Of a DNA stretch of 64,000 bases, positions 28,920 through 38,817 are shown piece by piece. A program made the translations under genes and the position numbers. Below the pieces are notes generated by a model that saw nothing but the letters and a program-made list of their open reading frames with translations, ran no database searches and was not told the DNA's origin. Within the stretch, counting starts at the first letter, position 1; each line of letters begins with the position of its first letter. This stretch comes from Thermoproteota archaeon (GTDB lineage: Archaea > Korarchaeota > Korarchaeia > Korarchaeales > Korarchaeaceae), in the NCBI GenBank assembly GCA_027491435.1, contig JAOZFG010000028.1, forward strand, positions 27,955 through 91,954, given 5' to 3'.

Positions 28920-30218
28920 GTGGCCCAAACCCATAGGGTGGTCGATTTGGTAGAAGTGTTAGAGAGCCCGCCTGAGTTCAAGAAGCTCAGGGTGCCCGAA
29001 GAGGGGGAGAAGATAACAGTTAGGGATGGCAGGCTGGCGGTGCCCGACGAGCCCATCGTAGTTTACATAGAGGGGGACGGGATAGGCCCCCAGATAGTCA
29101 GCCAGGCCAGGGCGGTCATAGACGCTGCGGTCGAGAAGGTTTACGGTGGGAAGAGGAGGATAGTCTGGTGGGAGGCTTACGCTGGAGAGAAGGCCATGAA
29201 GGAGTATGGGGAGCTCCTGCCCGAGGACACGATACTGGCCATAAGGTACAGCGTTGTGGCCCTCAAGGGACCGCTCACCACGCCCGTGGGCACTGGCTTC
29301 AGGTCCCTCAACGTGGCCCTCAGGAAGAAGCTGGACCTCTACGCCAACATAAGGCCCGTTCAGTTCTTCGGGCAGCCCTCCCCCCACAAGTACGCTGAAC
29401 ACGACAACTTCGTCATATTCAGGGAGAACACGGAGGACCTCTACGCTGGAATAGAGTGGAGGGCTGACAGCCCTGAGGCCCAGAAGATTAGGGAGTTCCT
29501 GAAGAAGGAGTTCGGGATAGAGTTGAGGGAGGACGCTGGCATAGGCATAAAGCCGATAAGCAAGTTTGGGACTCAGAGGCTCATGAGGAAGGCTTTACAG
29601 TACGCAATTGACAACAACAGGGGGCCTGTGACCATAATGCACAAGGGCAACATAATGAAGTACACTGAGGGCGCCTTTAGGGAGTGGGCCTACGAGTTAG
29701 CGGTCACCGAGTTCAGGGATTACGTGGTAACTGAGGAGGAGCTTTGGGAGAAGTACAACGGACAGCTTCCTGAGGGCAAGATCCTGGTGAACGACAGGAT
29801 AGCGGACAACATGCTCCAGCAGATAATAACGAGGCCCTGGGACTACGACGTGATAGTGGCCCCAAACGTCAACGGGGACTACATAAGCGACGAGGCCAAC
29901 GCCCTGGTGGGGGGCATAGGCATGGCCGCCGGGATGAACGCCGGCGACTACATGGCTTTGGCCGAGCCCGTACACGGGACCGCTCCCAAGTACGCTGGAA
30001 AGGACGTGGCCAACCCGACAGCTGAGATACTGAGCGGATGCCTCCTGCTAGAGTACATAGGTTGGAAGGAGGCCTCTGAGGTCATAAAGAAGGCCATAAG
30101 GGAGGCTATAACCGGTAAGAAGGTCACCCAGGACCTCGCCAGGCACATGCCCGGGGTGGAACCTTTAAAGGCCAGCGAGTACACCCAAGTGCTCATCGAC
30201 ATAATAAGGCGGGGCTAA
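28920..30218 (+). CDS. icd: Isocitrate dehydrogenase (NADP-type homodimer)
   Basis: IEGDGIG, LKGPLTTPVGTGFRSLNVALR, FRENTED, HKGNIMKYTEG and HGTAPKYAG. Confidence 0.96.
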   Translation: MAQTHRVVDLVEVLESPPEFKKLRVPEEGEKITVRDGRLAVPDEPIVVYIEGDGIGPQIVSQARAVIDAAVEKVYGGKRRIVWWEAYAGEKAMKEYGELLPEDTILAIRYSVVALKGPLTTPVGTGFRSLNVALRKKLDLYANIRPVQFFGQPSPHKYAEHDNFVIFRENTEDLYAGIEWRADSPEAQKIREFLKKEFGIELREDAGIGIKPISKFGTQRLMRKALQYAIDNNRGPVTIMHKGNIMKYTEGAFREWAYELAVTEFRDYVVTEEELWEKYNGQLPEGKILVNDRIADNMLQQIITRPWDYDVIVAPNVNGDYISDEANALVGGIGMAAGMNAGDYMALAEPVHGTAPKYAGKDVANPTAEILSGCLLLEYIGWKEASEVIKKAIREAITGKKVTQDLARHMPGVEPLKASEYTQVLIDIIRRG

Positions 30219-30413
30219 ACCATTGGCCCCCACTCCTTCTTTATGCTTAACGTTGAAGCCCCTGAAGGCTCTTATCACGCCTTTCACCTTCCCTGGATGT
30301 TAGATCCCCTGGCTTATAGGTCCCCTGGAGGCGTACAGAAAAACCGACTAGTCCCTCAAGCAGGCCCTATGAGTAACGCTTTATAGCTCAGGCCGGCATT
30401 AAGGGGGAGGACC

Positions 30414-31745
30414 TTGAGGCTGAAATATCACAGAGGCACCATAATAGTTGAGGGGGTTAGAAGGGCCCCGTTCTGCAAATGGGACCCCAGGATAAACGCC
30501 TTGAGGGCCTTGGCCTTCAGGTACAGGGAGCTTAAGGAGTCCTTTCCAACGGCGGTGGATGAGGTCATGGACCCTCTGCCCGTGCCGCCCCTCAAGTCGG
30601 ACGTGGAGCTCAAGCCCTTCCAGAGGGAAGCCCTGGACTCCTGGATGTCCGAGAGGAGGGGGATCATAGTCCTGCCCACCGGGGCCGGCAAGACTTACAT
30701 AGCTTTGAAGGCCATGGAGGAGCTTAACGTCTCCACCCTGGTGGTGGTGCCCACCCTGCCCCTGCTGGAGCAGTGGAGGGAGAAGATAAGGAGGCACCTG
30801 GGATTTGACCCCGGGACAGTTGGAGGCGGGAGGTCGGAGCTCAGGGGGATAACCGTAATAACTTACGACTCCGCCTACCTGAAGGCAGATACGCTGGGCA
30901 ACAAGTTCGAGCTCGTGGTCTTCGACGAGGTTCACCACCTGGCGGCTGAGGGTTACATAGAGATAGCCCAATACCTGGCGTCCCCCTACAGGATGGGCCT
31001 CACCGCCACGCTGGAGAGGGAGGATGGCAGGCACACCCTCCTCTTCCCCCTGGTAGGAGGGGTCGTCTACCAGCTGAGCCCCAGGGAGCTGTCAGGGGAG
31101 CACCTGTCCGAGTTCGAGACCATAAGGGTGAGGGTCGAGCTGACCCCTGAGGAGAGGGCTAAGTACGAGGAGCTGATAAAAAAGTATAACGAGAGCCTGA
31201 GGAAGGCCAACATGAAGATAACGTCGCTGGAGGACTTCAGGAGGTTGATAATGAGGAGCGGTCTCAACAAGGACGCTAGGAGGGCCCTTATCTACTGGAA
31301 TCAGGCGAGGAAGGTGGCTATAAACTCTAGGTCTAAGCTGAAGGTTTTGGAGGACCTTCTAGAGAGCCACAGGAATGACAAGGTGATCATATTCACAGAG
31401 TACAACGAGATGGCCGAGGAGATAAGCAAGAGGTTCCTAATACCCCTGATAACCCACAGGACCCACAAGGAGGAGAGGTCCAAGATATTGGAGGCCTTCA
31501 AGATAGGCTCGGTCACTAAGATAGTCACCTCCAAGGTCTTGGACGAGGGGGTTGACGTGCCGGATGCCAGGGTGGGCATAATACTGGGAGGGACTGGAAG
31601 CAGGAGGGAGTTCGTCCAGAGGCTGGGAAGGATCTTGAGGAAGAGGGAGGGGAAGAGGGCAGTGCTCTACGAGATAGTCTCGGCCGGCACATCAGAGGTT
31701 AGAATATCCTACAGGAGGAGGAAGGGCCTCAATGCTTCCCTCTGA
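30414..31745 (+). CDS. xpb: XPB/Rad25-like SF2 helicase
   Basis: LPTGAGKT, FDEVHH, GLTATLERED (RED motif), LDEGVDVP and QRLGRILR. Confidence 0.92.
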   Translation: MRLKYHRGTIIVEGVRRAPFCKWDPRINALRALAFRYRELKESFPTAVDEVMDPLPVPPLKSDVELKPFQREALDSWMSERRGIIVLPTGAGKTYIALKAMEELNVSTLVVVPTLPLLEQWREKIRRHLGFDPGTVGGGRSELRGITVITYDSAYLKADTLGNKFELVVFDEVHHLAAEGYIEIAQYLASPYRMGLTATLEREDGRHTLLFPLVGGVVYQLSPRELSGEHLSEFETIRVRVELTPEERAKYEELIKKYNESLRKANMKITSLEDFRRLIMRSGLNKDARRALIYWNQARKVAINSRSKLKVLEDLLESHRNDKVIIFTEYNEMAEEISKRFLIPLITHRTHKEERSKILEAFKIGSVTKIVTSKVLDEGVDVPDARVGIILGGTGSRREFVQRLGRILRKREGKRAVLYEIVSAGTSEVRISYRRRKGLNASL

Positions 31746-33255
31746 GCTGTTGAGGGCAAGGAGGAGAGGGGACAGGCTCATACCCCTCTGGGCCAGGGGG
31801 AGCGAGCTCGAGCTAGCGGTGGCTAAGGAGCTGATCTCCATCTTTAAGGAGGGGAAGAGCTTAAGGGAGATAGAGGAGGAAGCCGAAGAGGTTGAGAGGC
31901 TCTACGAGACCTTTCTGGATTACAAGTTCGTCAGGGGAATTTTCATACTCCTGGAGAGGAAGGCCGAGTTTAGGAGGCCGGAAACGCCGGTTAACCCGAT
32001 GAGGGCCAGGGAGGTGCTTTACAGGGTAGTGAACGAGAGGTACCACGGGTTCGTCCTGGGGGAGGTGAGGGAGGAGGCGCTGAGGCTGGTAGCCCATGAG
32101 CTAGGCGTCGATCACGGGGAGGTTGAGAGGGTCCTCTGGGCCGACTTCGACGAGAACCTAAGGCTGGTTCACTTCCCCGAAGTTGATCCCAAGGAGTTGC
32201 TGAGGGAGTACAACCTCTCCCTGTTGCAGACGGCCCTGTTCAAGTCGGTGAGGATGATTATCAGGACTAAAGCTCCTGGTCACGAGCTTAAGCCCCTGCT
32301 CAGGTCAATAAAGGGCAAGGGCCTAATGTACACGGCGTGGAAGGAGGGGGGACTTACAGTGATATCTGTAGACGGCCCGGCCTCCGTACTGAAGATGACC
32401 ACCAAGTACGGCACGGCCTTGGCCAAGGTCGTCCCTTCTCTGATGAGAATGAGTCATTGGGAGCTCTGGGCCAGGATAGTGAGGAAGTTCGGGTCCAGGA
32501 AGTCCCTGCTAAAGCTGGAAGTCAGCTCTTCCTCCCGAGACCTCTTCCCCGAAGCAAAGGTTGAGGTTAAGCCCTTCGACAGCGAGTGGGAGAGGGAGCT
32601 CCACAATGCCCTGGTGGCCGACGGCTGGAGGGTTGAGAGGGAGCCCGATCCCTTGATAGCAGGCAGCTCCGTGATGATCCCCGACTTCAAGGTGAGTAAG
32701 GGGCTCGTGAAAGTTTACATAGAGCTGGTCGGCTTTTGGACCCCAGATTACGTGAGGAAGAAGGTGGAGAAGGTCAGGAAGGTGAAGGAGCCCGTCCTAC
32801 TGGTTGTTAGGAAGGACCTCCTGGTGGCCCCCATGGGCAGGCTGGGAGCCGACGTCCTACTCTTCGAGAGGAGGCTTGATAAGGCCCCCTTGATAAGGAA
32901 GCTCAAGGAGCTGGAGAGGTCCCTCCTCCCCAGGGCTCATATAAAGGTGGAAGGCGATCTAGTGTCCCTGGGGGAGCTGTCCAGGGAGAGCGGCTACACT
33001 AAATCCCAGTTGAAGGACCTCCTAAAGGAGGTTAGGGGCTACTCCTTGGTCGGAGGTTACCTTATCTCCCAGGAGCTTCTGGACAGAATCAGGGAGCTCG
33101 TCCTTAGGGAGAGGCCCAGGAAGATAGGCGAGCTCAAATCCCTGCTCAGGAAGGAAGGGTTGCCCACCTCCGCGGCGGTTGCGCTGGCCGAGGAAGTTGG
33201 GCTAAAAGTTAGGTGGAGGAGCCTGGAGGAGGACGAGGCAGACCTCCTGTACTAG
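31732..33255 (+). CDS. bax1: Bax1 nuclease (DUF790), XPB partner
   Basis: MLPSELL start, YNLSLLQTALF, DGPAS, FDSEWE, REP, IPDF and IELVGFWTPDY; overlaps xpb. Confidence 0.9.
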   Translation: MLPSELLRARRRGDRLIPLWARGSELELAVAKELISIFKEGKSLREIEEEAEEVERLYETFLDYKFVRGIFILLERKAEFRRPETPVNPMRAREVLYRVVNERYHGFVLGEVREEALRLVAHELGVDHGEVERVLWADFDENLRLVHFPEVDPKELLREYNLSLLQTALFKSVRMIIRTKAPGHELKPLLRSIKGKGLMYTAWKEGGLTVISVDGPASVLKMTTKYGTALAKVVPSLMRMSHWELWARIVRKFGSRKSLLKLEVSSSSRDLFPEAKVEVKPFDSEWERELHNALVADGWRVEREPDPLIAGSSVMIPDFKVSKGLVKVYIELVGFWTPDYVRKKVEKVRKVKEPVLLVVRKDLLVAPMGRLGADVLLFERRLDKAPLIRKLKELERSLLPRAHIKVEGDLVSLGELSRESGYTKSQLKDLLKEVRGYSLVGGYLISQELLDRIRELVLRERPRKIGELKSLLRKEGLPTSAAVALAEEVGLKVRWRSLEEDEADLLY

Positions 33256-33686
33256 GCGTTCTTGAGGAAGGCCTTCACGTAGGACAGCACTGACCTTATC
33301 AGCCTCTTCAGCTCCCTGCTCTCCTCTTCAACCCTCCTTATGTCCCTGGATATTTTGACCAGCTCCCTCTCAGCCATGCTAAGCCCCTTCAAGCTCTTCG
33401 CTCCCACTATAGAGCGCTTAACCACTAGCTTATTCGTCCTGGACCCCAGCATCTCCAGCTGCTTGATCAAGTCAGCCTTGACGTTCCTGTGGTCGGAGTC
33501 AACCTTTGTGAGGAGGATCCTCATCTTGTAGAGCTCCTTCCTCTCCTTCTCCAGGGGGTCGAACTCCACGTCCACCCTGAACACGTTGCCAGCGTCGATT
33601 AGCTCCACGTAATCCGACAGGCCCAGGGACTCTATAACCTCCTGAAGTCTACCCAGACCTACCCAGCTACTCCTCCTCATCTCCAA
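33252..33686 (-). CDS. Hypothetical protein with coiled-coil-like C-terminus
   Basis: 144 aa ORF with host-like codon usage, overlapping the upstream Zn-ribbon gene; no motif recognised. Confidence 0.65.
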   Translation of the reverse strand: MEMRRSSWVGLGRLQEVIESLGLSDYVELIDAGNVFRVDVEFDPLEKERKELYKMRILLTKVDSDHRNVKADLIKQLEMLGSRTNKLVVKRSIVGAKSLKGLSMAERELVKISRDIRRVEEESRELKRLIRSVLSYVKAFLKNA

Positions 33687-33858
33687 CCTCCACCTCTGCG
33701 ACTATAGGTCCCCTGTAGCCGCAGTCCTCACAGACCCACTCCTCCGGGGTGAGCCAGCCGGAGAAGGGGGATATCCTCCTTATGTTAGTGCTCCCACACA
33801 CGGGACACACGGTTATGGTTATCTTCTTCGTTTTTCCCTTTTTCCCCCAGAATTTCAA
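33667..33858 (-). CDS. Small zinc-ribbon protein
   Basis: CPVCGS...WVCEDCGYRGP in 63 aa, the pattern of common small archaeal Zn-ribbon proteins. Confidence 0.75.
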   Translation of the reverse strand: MKFWGKKGKTKKITITVCPVCGSTNIRRISPFSGWLTPEEWVCEDCGYRGPIVAEVEVGDEEE

Positions 33859-33923
33859 AGTTATCCCTCACTTTCACTTTGGTTATACCGGTTATAGGCC
33901 CGACGTCCCTTTTAAGGGTTTTT

Positions 33924-34148
33924 ATGAAGAGGAGGAGGGGAGTCACCGGCACCCTGGAGCAGGCCCTGCTGGTGGCAGTGACAATAGCCCTTTTCATGAC
34001 CTTAGTAGTGGGGCCGATGGTCAACACGGTGGATAACATAACTAGCTTGCCAGCCGACGCCTGGGAGAGTTGGAACAACTTCATCGATTGGGTTTACGAC
34101 TCCCTGGACCAGATATTCCTAGGTCAGCCCTCTGAGGGCGGAGGTTAG
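33924..34148 (+). CDS. Small pilin-like protein with putative class III signal peptide
   Basis: From ATG 33924 it reads MKRRRG|VTGTLEQALLVAVTIALFMTLVV: basic leader, Gly, then a hydrophobic helix; 74 aa. Confidence 0.55.
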   Translation: MKRRRGVTGTLEQALLVAVTIALFMTLVVGPMVNTVDNITSLPADAWESWNNFIDWVYDSLDQIFLGQPSEGGG

Positions 34149-34216
34149 CGTCTCGGGCACCTCCATTAGGAACTTTTTTGAATCCTAACACCCCTTTTTC
34201 TCAGCAGGGTGGTAAC

Positions 34217-37081
34217 TTGAACCAGGAAGAGGCAATCAAAAAAATGAGGGAAATTCAGAGGAAGTGGAGGAAAAGGTGGGAGGAATCCGGCATCTTTGAA
34301 GCTGATCCCGACCCCTCCAGGGAGAAGTTCTACATTACGGTCGCCTACCCCTACCCCAACAGCCCCCAGCACATAGGCCACGGCAGGACCTACGGGCTCG
34401 CCGACGCCTATGCCAGGTTCAAGAGGATGCGAGGCTACAACGTGCTCCTCCCAATGGCCTTCCACTACACCGGTACGCCGATACTCGCGATGGCCAGGAG
34501 GCTTAAGGAGGGGGATCAGGAGCTCAGGGAACTCTTCGTTAGGATATACAAGATACCGGAGGAGAAGGTAGATGAGCTCACTGACCCGCTCAAGTTGGCC
34601 AGGTACTTCCACGAGGAGATAAAGGAGGGCATGAAGCTCATGGGCTACTCCATAGACTGGAGGAGGGAGTTCACCACCATAGACCCTGCCTACAACAGGT
34701 TCATAACCTGGCAGTTCTACAAGCTCAAGGAGAGAGGTTACCTCACCAAGGGAAGGCACCCTGTGGGCTGGTGTCCCAGGTGCGATAACGCTGTAGGTCA
34801 GCACGATACCAAGGGGGATGTGGAGCCTGAGATAGGTGAGACGACCGCCATAAAGTTCAGGTTAGCTGATGAGGACCTGATCCTCCCGGTCATAACCTTC
34901 AGGCCCGAGACGGTCTTCGGGGTCACCAACCTCTGGATAAGGCCCTTCTACAGGTATAAGGTGATCAGGGTCGGGGAAGAGAGGTGGGTCGTCTCAGAAC
35001 TCGCTGTGACCAAGCTCAAGTTCCAGGGATTCAAGGTGGAGGTGGTCGACGAGATAGAGGGCAGGGAGCTCGTCGGCAAGCGGGCCATAAACCCGGTCAC
35101 CGGTGACAGGGTGATAGTGCTCCCAGCCGAGTTCGTAGACCCGGATTACGGCACTGGGGTGGTCATGTCCGTCCCAGCCCACGCTCCCTACGACTACCTC
35201 GCGCTCGTAGACCTCAAGAGGGACCCGTCCAGGCTTGAGGACTTCGGCCTCGGCAGGGGAGTAGTAGAGGAGCTCGAGCCAATCTCCATAATAAAGGTGG
35301 AGGGTTTCTCGGACTACCCGGCCAAGGACGTGGTGGAAAAGCTTGGGGTGAAGGACCAGAATGATCCCCTGGCTGAGAAGGCCACCGAGGAGGTCTACTC
35401 CAAGGAGTATCACTCAGGGGTCATGAAGGAAAATACGGGCCAGTTCGCTGAAATGCCCGTTTCTAAAGCGAAGGAGGAGGTCAGGAAGTACATAATAGAG
35501 AAGGGGCTGGGCTTCAACTTCTACGAGATAGTCAACTCCCCAGTGTACTGCAGGTGTGGGGCCAAGATAGTTGTGAAGATAGTGGAGGATCAGTGGTTCA
35601 TCGATTACTCGAACCCAGAGTGGAAGAGGATGGCCCATGAAGCCCTGAACAACATGAGGATAATACCAGAGGAGCTCAGAGAGGAGTTCAGGGAGGCAAT
35701 AGACTGGATGAAGGAGAAGGCCTGCGCTAGGAAGAGCGGGCTGGGCACAAGGCTCCCGTTCGACCCCAACTGGATAATAGAGAGCCTCTCGGACTCCACA
35801 ATATACATGGCCTACTACACACTGTCCAAGTTCATCAACCAGGGCAAGGTCAAGCCAGAGCAGTTCACCAACGAGGTTTTCGATTACATATTCCTGGGCA
35901 AAGGGGATCCTGATAAGCTCCCCGTGGAGAGGGAAGTGCTCGAAGAGCTCAGGAGAGAGTTCCTCTACTGGTATCCGCTTGACTCCAGGCACAGCGGAAG
36001 GGACCTTATCTGGAACCACCTGACGTTCTTCATATTCAACCACGTGGCCATATTCCCCAGGGAGCTCTGGCCAAGGCAGATAGTTGTCAACGGGTCAGTC
36101 ACCATGGAGGGGAAGAAGATGAGCAAGTCATTTGGTAACATAATACCGATAAGGGTTGCAGTGGACCAGTTCGGAGCCGACCCAATAAGGCTCAGCGTTT
36201 TGGGGTCAGCGGAGATACAGTCTGATGCGGACTTCTCTGTACAGGTAGCCTCCAACACGCTCAGCAAGCTCATGAAGATGTACGAGCTCTCCCTCAAGTA
36301 CGGCAAGTCCAGGGGAGAGGTTAGCCCTAAGCGCTTCTGGGACAGGTGGATACTCTCTAGGGTAAGGGGGCACGTTGAAGCTGTGACTAGGGCCATGGAG
36401 GAGTGCAGGACCCGGGAGTCGATAAATCACGCCCTCTACATGTTCATAAACGATCTCGACGAGTACATGTCGGCTGTGGAGGCCGATCCGGCAGTCATGT
36501 GGAAGGTGCTCGAGGTCTGGGCCAGGCTCATAGCTCCCTTCGCGCCCTTTACCGCTGAGGAGGTGTGGGAGAAGATCGGAGGGGAGGGATTCGTCTCGGT
36601 GGCCAAATGGCCTGAACCCGAGGAGCTTCCAAGCTACCCGGACGATGAAGTGGCTTACGAGGTGGTTGAAGGGGTTATAGAGGACGTGAGGAACGTCCTC
36701 TCAACTGGAGTGAAGGGGAGCAAGCTCTACGTATACGTGGCCTCCCCTTGGAAGTACGAGCTCTTCAATAAAGTGGAAGAGGTAAAGGAGAAGGTCGGGC
36801 TCGACCCCAGGAAGCTCATACCCGAGGTTATGAAGGAGGATATGTTTAGAAGCAGGGGCAAGGAGGTGGCTAACATAGTCAGGCAGTACTCCACTGGAGG
36901 CTGGCCCTGGCTCAAATCAGCTGACCTGGAGCAGAGGTATTTGGAGGAGCTCAGGACTTACATGGAGAAGAAACTCGGCATGGAGGTAAAAATAGAGAAG
37001 GAGGACTCAGCTACCTACGACCCCAAGGGTAGGGCTAAGAGAGCACTTCCTGGCAGGCCTGCCATATACATAGAGGCCTAG
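34217..37081 (+). CDS. leuS: Leucyl-tRNA synthetase (archaeal type)
   Basis: YPYPNSPQHIGH, GTGVVMSVPAHAPYD editing domain, WIIESLSDSTIY, KMSKS and PGRPAIYI. The likely start is TTG 34217. Confidence 0.96.
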   Translation: MNQEEAIKKMREIQRKWRKRWEESGIFEADPDPSREKFYITVAYPYPNSPQHIGHGRTYGLADAYARFKRMRGYNVLLPMAFHYTGTPILAMARRLKEGDQELRELFVRIYKIPEEKVDELTDPLKLARYFHEEIKEGMKLMGYSIDWRREFTTIDPAYNRFITWQFYKLKERGYLTKGRHPVGWCPRCDNAVGQHDTKGDVEPEIGETTAIKFRLADEDLILPVITFRPETVFGVTNLWIRPFYRYKVIRVGEERWVVSELAVTKLKFQGFKVEVVDEIEGRELVGKRAINPVTGDRVIVLPAEFVDPDYGTGVVMSVPAHAPYDYLALVDLKRDPSRLEDFGLGRGVVEELEPISIIKVEGFSDYPAKDVVEKLGVKDQNDPLAEKATEEVYSKEYHSGVMKENTGQFAEMPVSKAKEEVRKYIIEKGLGFNFYEIVNSPVYCRCGAKIVVKIVEDQWFIDYSNPEWKRMAHEALNNMRIIPEELREEFREAIDWMKEKACARKSGLGTRLPFDPNWIIESLSDSTIYMAYYTLSKFINQGKVKPEQFTNEVFDYIFLGKGDPDKLPVEREVLEELRREFLYWYPLDSRHSGRDLIWNHLTFFIFNHVAIFPRELWPRQIVVNGSVTMEGKKMSKSFGNIIPIRVAVDQFGADPIRLSVLGSAEIQSDADFSVQVASNTLSKLMKMYELSLKYGKSRGEVSPKRFWDRWILSRVRGHVEAVTRAMEECRTRESINHALYMFINDLDEYMSAVEADPAVMWKVLEVWARLIAPFAPFTAEEVWEKIGGEGFVSVAKWPEPEELPSYPDDEVAYEVVEGVIEDVRNVLSTGVKGSKLYVYVASPWKYELFNKVEEVKEKVGLDPRKLIPEVMKEDMFRSRGKEVANIVRQYSTGGWPWLKSADLEQRYLEELRTYMEKKLGMEVKIEKEDSATYDPKGRAKRALPGRPAIYIEA

Positions 37082-38088
37082 CCCCAGGAGGATATGTACT
37101 CTAGGAGGTCAACTACCCTGGCAGAGTAGCCCCACTCGTTGTCGTACCAGCCGAACACCTTCACCATTTTTCCTTCGACCACCTGAGTTAAGGCGGGGTC
37201 AAAGGTAACGCTGTGCTCATCTCCCACCAAGTCCACCGAAACCACCGGGTCGTAGGCTATTCCCAGGTACTTGGAGAGTTCCCCCTTGGAGGCCTCCTCG
37301 AAGGCCCTGTTCACCTCGTGCACGTTGGTCTCCCTCTCCACGATGGCGGAGAAGTCCACTATGGAGACGTCCGGGGTTGGCACCCTTAAAGCCATGGCCG
37401 CCAGCTTGCCCCTGAGCTCGGGGAATATCAGCTCTATTGCCTTGGCAGCGCCCGTGGAGGTTGGTATTATGGACATGGCGGCTGCTCTAGCTCTCCTCAA
37501 GTCCCTGTGGGGGGCGTCAAGTATCCTCTGATCGTTGGTGTAGGAGTGGACCGTCGTCATCAAGCCCCTAAGCACCTTGAAGTTCTCGTGGAGGACCTTC
37601 ACCATTATGGCGAATGCGTTTGTAGTGCAGGAGGCGTTGCTTATCACGAAGTGCTTTTCAGGGTTCAGTCCCTTCTCGTTGACCCCCATGACCACCGTGT
37701 AATCTGCAGGCTCCCCCTTAGCAGGTGCTGTTATCACCACCCTCTTTACTGAGCCCCTTAAGTGCTTAGCCGCCTGATCCCTGGACCTGAACAAGCCGGT
37801 GGCCTCAACCACCACGTCGACACCCACCTCATTCCAGGGGATCTGAGCAGGGTCCCTGACCGAGAACACCTTGACTGCCTTCCCGTCAACTACGATGTCG
37901 CTTCCCTCGGCGTAAACTTCCCCCGGATACCTGCCGAAAACCGAGTCGTACTTCAGTAAGTGGGCCAGGGTCTTGGCGTCAGCTATGTCGTTTATTGCCA
38001 CCACGTCCACGGTGGCCCTGGCCTTGGCTATCTTGAACACTTGCCTCCCTATCCTCCCGAATCCGTTGATGCCGACCTTAAGAGTCAT
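37078..38088 (-). CDS. gap: Glyceraldehyde-3-phosphate dehydrogenase, class I (bacterial/eukaryotic type)
   Basis: GINGFGRIG, LLKYDS, SNASCTTN, TTVHSYTNDQ, RRARAAA, STGAAKA and WYDNEWGY; a GGTGA RBS precedes ATG 38088. Confidence 0.95.
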   Translation of the reverse strand: MTLKVGINGFGRIGRQVFKIAKARATVDVVAINDIADAKTLAHLLKYDSVFGRYPGEVYAEGSDIVVDGKAVKVFSVRDPAQIPWNEVGVDVVVEATGLFRSRDQAAKHLRGSVKRVVITAPAKGEPADYTVVMGVNEKGLNPEKHFVISNASCTTNAFAIMVKVLHENFKVLRGLMTTVHSYTNDQRILDAPHRDLRRARAAAMSIIPTSTGAAKAIELIFPELRGKLAAMALRVPTPDVSIVDFSAIVERETNVHEVNRAFEEASKGELSKYLGIAYDPVVSVDLVGDEHSVTFDPALTQVVEGKMVKVFGWYDNEWGYSARVVDLLEYISSWG

Positions 38089-38145
38089 ACACAATCACCA
38101 CGAAGAAATTTTAAAACGGTTATCGGGTGTTCTCGTGGTGCAAAC

Positions 38146-38817
38146 ATGCCTAAGCTCCTGTTGCTGCTACTGCTAATTCCAATGGCTTGCACAGCTCCTG
38201 GCTGGATGAAGGAGGGAGCCTTCGCCAAGTACCTTTACGTGGCCACTGAAAACGCCGGGCTGGTGGCTAGGGACGTTATAACTATAAGGGTGCTTAAGGT
38301 CTTCCCCAACAACACGGTGGAGCTGAGGGTCACGTCCAACGGGACCAACGTGTACAACGTCACCTACAGGTATGACTTGTGTGAGGGGATAAGCCAGGGG
38401 TTCGAGTTCTACCTGAGGCCGGACGAGTTAGAGGGCGTGAGGGGGAGGGCTAAACTAGTCAACGAGGACATAGGACACGGGATGACGCAGTACCTGAAGC
38501 TCAAGGAGGGGAGCGTTCACCAGAACTTGATAATAAACGTGACCAAGTGGATAGACCCTTCTTCAGGCCTCGTCGTGGGGGAGTTCTTCATTTACCAGAA
38601 AGTCTCGGGCAACTCAGTGGTAACTGGGACTGGGAGGTATCTACTCATGGACACCAACATAATAGAGCTTAAGGAGAGGATAACCAGGCTGCCCCCTCTA
38701 GTGCCTAAGGAGGAGAATCCCCTGAACGACCTGGCCTTGGCCCTTGCCATAATCCTGGGAATGGTTGGGCTGTCAGTGTACCTGGGCTATAGGCAGGCTA
38801 AAAAGGGGAGGAGGTGA
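38146..38817 (+). CDS. Hypothetical secreted/surface protein with C-terminal membrane anchor
   Basis: MPKLLLLLLLIPMAC signal peptide, several NxT/S sequons, C-terminal TM and basic tail. Confidence 0.7.
   Translation: MPKLLLLLLLIPMACTAPGWMKEGAFAKYLYVATENAGLVARDVITIRVLKVFPNNTVELRVTSNGTNVYNVTYRYDLCEGISQGFEFYLRPDELEGVRGRAKLVNEDIGHGMTQYLKLKEGSVHQNLIINVTKWIDPSSGLVVGEFFIYQKVSGNSVVTGTGRYLLMDTNIIELKERITRLPPLVPKEENPLNDLALALAIILGMVGLSVYLGYRQAKKGRR

Noticed and set aside
30219-30413. Gap between icd and xpb as a possible small gene or RNA
   Set aside because: Only a short, unconvincing minus-strand frame; the rest fits a pyrimidine-rich terminator and the xpb TATA (CTTTATA).
34166-36915. Long antisense ORFs opposite leuS (likewise opposite icd, xpb, cdc48 and ubiD)
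   Set aside because: Shadow ORFs caused by codon bias of the real genes; they have no motifs and atypical composition.
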